A DNA stretch of 64,000 bases from Smithellaceae bacterium (lineage in GTDB: Bacteria; Desulfobacterota; Syntrophia; Syntrophales; Smithellaceae): positions 800,001-864,000 of the forward strand of contig CAXXVL010000001.1 of assembly GCA_963667845.2 (NCBI GenBank). Direction: 5' to 3'. The position numbers and the translations under genes were made by a program. A model generated the notes under the pieces. It was not told the origin of the DNA and ran no database searches. It saw only the letters and a list, made by a program, of their open reading frames with translations. Every line of letters begins with the position of its first letter. Position 1 is the first letter of the stretch. This document shows positions 62,181 to 64,000 of the stretch, in pieces.

Positions 62181-62723
62181 ATGAAAAATAAACTTACTGC
62201 CGTGATTGAAACCGATAAAGGCACCATCCGTCTCAAATTATTTGCCGATCAGACGCCCCTGACCGTGGGCAATTTCGTGAACCTTGCCTCGCGCGGTTTT
62301 TACAACAATCTGAAATTCCATCGCGTCATCCCTGATTTTATGATCCAGGGCGGATGTCCGGCAGGCGACGGCCGCGGCGGACCCGGTTACAAATTTCAGG
62401 ACGAATTCGTCAAAGAACTGCGCCATAGCAAGCCCGGTATTTTGTCCATGGCCAACGCCGGACCCGGCTCCAACGGCAGCCAGTTCTTTGTCACCCATGT
62501 ACCCACCCCGTGGCTTGACGGCAAGCATACGGTCTTCGGCGAGGTCGAAAGCGACAGCGATCAGAGCGTCGTGAACCAGATTGCGCAGGGCGATAAGATT
62601 CATTCGATCACGATCGAAGGGGATGCTTCGGAGCTGATGGAGAGCATCAAGCCTATGGTGGATAAATGGAACGCCGCGCTGGATGCGAGTTTTCCCAAAT
62701 TGTCCAAAGCTGCCAAATCATAA
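62181..62723 (+). CDS. Cyclophilin-type peptidyl-prolyl isomerase
   Basis: [44 protein letters not shown]. Confidence 0.95.
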   Translation: MKNKLTAVIETDKGTIRLKLFADQTPLTVGNFVNLASRGFYNNLKFHRVIPDFMIQGGCPAGDGRGGPGYKFQDEFVKELRHSKPGILSMANAGPGSNGSQFFVTHVPTPWLDGKHTVFGEVESDSDQSVVNQIAQGDKIHSITIEGDASELMESIKPMVDKWNAALDASFPKLSKAAKS

Positions 62724-62744
62724 AAGCGTGATAGAGAACAAATC

Positions 62745-63788
62745 GTGAGACCCGTACAAGTAACTCCGGACCGGATGGTGGAGGATGACGGATCAATCCA
62801 TTTCGGCATTTTCCGTACGCCGTTCAAAACCGCTAATATTCTGGACGCTCCGCTTTATGCGGTGCCGGCTCCCCGCGCCTGGAAAAATTTCCGGTTGAAG
62901 GAATGGCAGCACTTCGGCATCATCACGCCGACGCATTATTTCGGTATGGTGATTTTTGACGCCAAATTCACTGCGGCGTCTTTTTTTTATGCCTATGACC
63001 GGCTGCAAAGCAGCCGGTTCGAGCACAGCCGCCAGGAAAACACAAAAGCCGTGCACATCGCCTCTCAGCTCTATGATGATACTTGCCGTTTTGACGTGAA
63101 CGGTTATCACCTGCGTTTTGAAAACAAGCTTGCGCTGGGCATCCACCGGATCATCATTGAGATGGACGGCGACGCCGACCACCCCGCCGTTCAGGGTGAT
63201 ATAACGGTTCACGAAGATTTGAACATCATCGAACCGCTGGTGCAGGTCTCCCCGATAACCCGCACCCGCCCGCTTTATACGCATAAGGCCGCGGCGCCCG
63301 CATCGGGCAGCCTGGTGATCGGCTCGCAGGAAATCGTCCTCGACCGCGGGAACACGATCGCCTTGATGGATGAACAAAAAACGTACTACCCGTATTTCAG
63401 TTTCTGGAAATGGGCCATGGGCGCCGGTTACAGTGATGACGGAAAGCTCTGCGCATTCAACCTCTGTAAGAATATGATTACCGATGATGAAGATGCAAAC
63501 GAGAACTGCTTTTGGATGGACGGGAAAATCACCTGTCTTGGGGCTGCGCAGTTTCAGTTCAGCGACGTTCTGAAGCCCTGGACCATGAAGACAGCGGACG
63601 AAAAATTGAATTTATATTTCGATCCGGCAGGCGAAAGAGCTGAAAAAATAAATATCGCCATCATTATCCGTTCCGACTTTCATCAGCCCTTCGGCCTGTT
63701 TAACGGCCGTTTCAGGGACGACGGCGGTGTCACCTACGAGGTGAAAGATCTTTTCGGTCTGGCTGAACATCACGTGACAAGATACTAG
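62745..63788 (+). CDS. DUF2804-like protein
   Basis: RLKEW, YTHK, WKWA, ENCFW, FHQPFGLF, GLAEHH. Confidence 0.75.
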   Translation: MRPVQVTPDRMVEDDGSIHFGIFRTPFKTANILDAPLYAVPAPRAWKNFRLKEWQHFGIITPTHYFGMVIFDAKFTAASFFYAYDRLQSSRFEHSRQENTKAVHIASQLYDDTCRFDVNGYHLRFENKLALGIHRIIIEMDGDADHPAVQGDITVHEDLNIIEPLVQVSPITRTRPLYTHKAAAPASGSLVIGSQEIVLDRGNTIALMDEQKTYYPYFSFWKWAMGAGYSDDGKLCAFNLCKNMITDDEDANENCFWMDGKITCLGAAQFQFSDVLKPWTMKTADEKLNLYFDPAGERAEKINIAIIIRSDFHQPFGLFNGRFRDDGGVTYEVKDLFGLAEHHVTRY

Positions 63789-63867
63789 CAGCTGAAAGCC
63801 TCCGCTTCCGTTTGCGGATCTCCGCGTCAGGGTCTGCATGAGCCGCTGAAGTGCGAAGAAGGAAAAG

Positions 63868-64000
63868 GTGAAGTGCTTGAGCGAGAAGACTCCTCTCCAC
63901 TGTGAATCATCCGGCAACGGAAACCTGCCCGTTGTGCTCGTACACGGCTATAGTATGTCGTCCGCCGTCTGGGAAAAAGTGATGCCGCTGTTTCCGGCCT
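63868..64000 (+). CDS. Alpha/beta hydrolase, N-terminal part (runs off window edge)
   Basis: Manual translation from GTG: MKCLSEKTPLHCESSGNGNLPVVLVHGYSMSSAVWEKVMPLF; LVHG oxyanion motif. Confidence 0.75.
   Translation, partial: MKCLSEKTPLHCESSGNGNLPVVLVHGYSMSSAVWEKVMPLFPA

Overview
64-kb chromosomal window of a moderately GC-rich bacterium. Gene content and protein styles suggest an anaerobic Desulfobacterota/Deltaproteobacterium, plausibly Syntrophales (Smithella/Syntrophus-like); this is inference only. Left to right: a minus-strand respiratory cluster (c6-like cytochrome, Rieske protein, cytochrome b fused to two c-hemes, SCO, A2-type heme-copper oxidase coxA-C-D-B, the last running off the left edge); an MsrP-like Mo enzyme; a FIST/NosP protein coupled to a PAS/GAF hybrid kinase; a 10-PAS hybrid kinase; tex, aroF, a PBP1B-like gene, an MFS transporter and an orphan solute-binding protein. 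At about 30.4-37.1 kb lies a decaying integron: a truncated intI remnant with an in-frame stop, a candidate attI, a very short 48-bp attC, AT-rich cassette-like genes (one interrupted by an intact IS3 with a GCT target duplication) and a yefM-yoeB pair. Then come an enoate-reductase-like flavoenzyme, an aldolase, a truncated dehydrogenase beside an AT-rich two-gene glycan-modification islet, ppdK fused to a ~100-aa histone-H1-like Lys/Ala tail, and housekeeping genes (helicase, uvrB, two radical SAM genes, hpt, tsaC, purE, cyclophilin). Intergenic DNA holds six copies of one palindromic REP/IS200-IS605-end-like repeat, two MITE-like elements and two heptamer tandem repeats. No rRNA, tRNA or CRISPR array was seen. 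Family assignments rest on motif recognition; no database searches were run.
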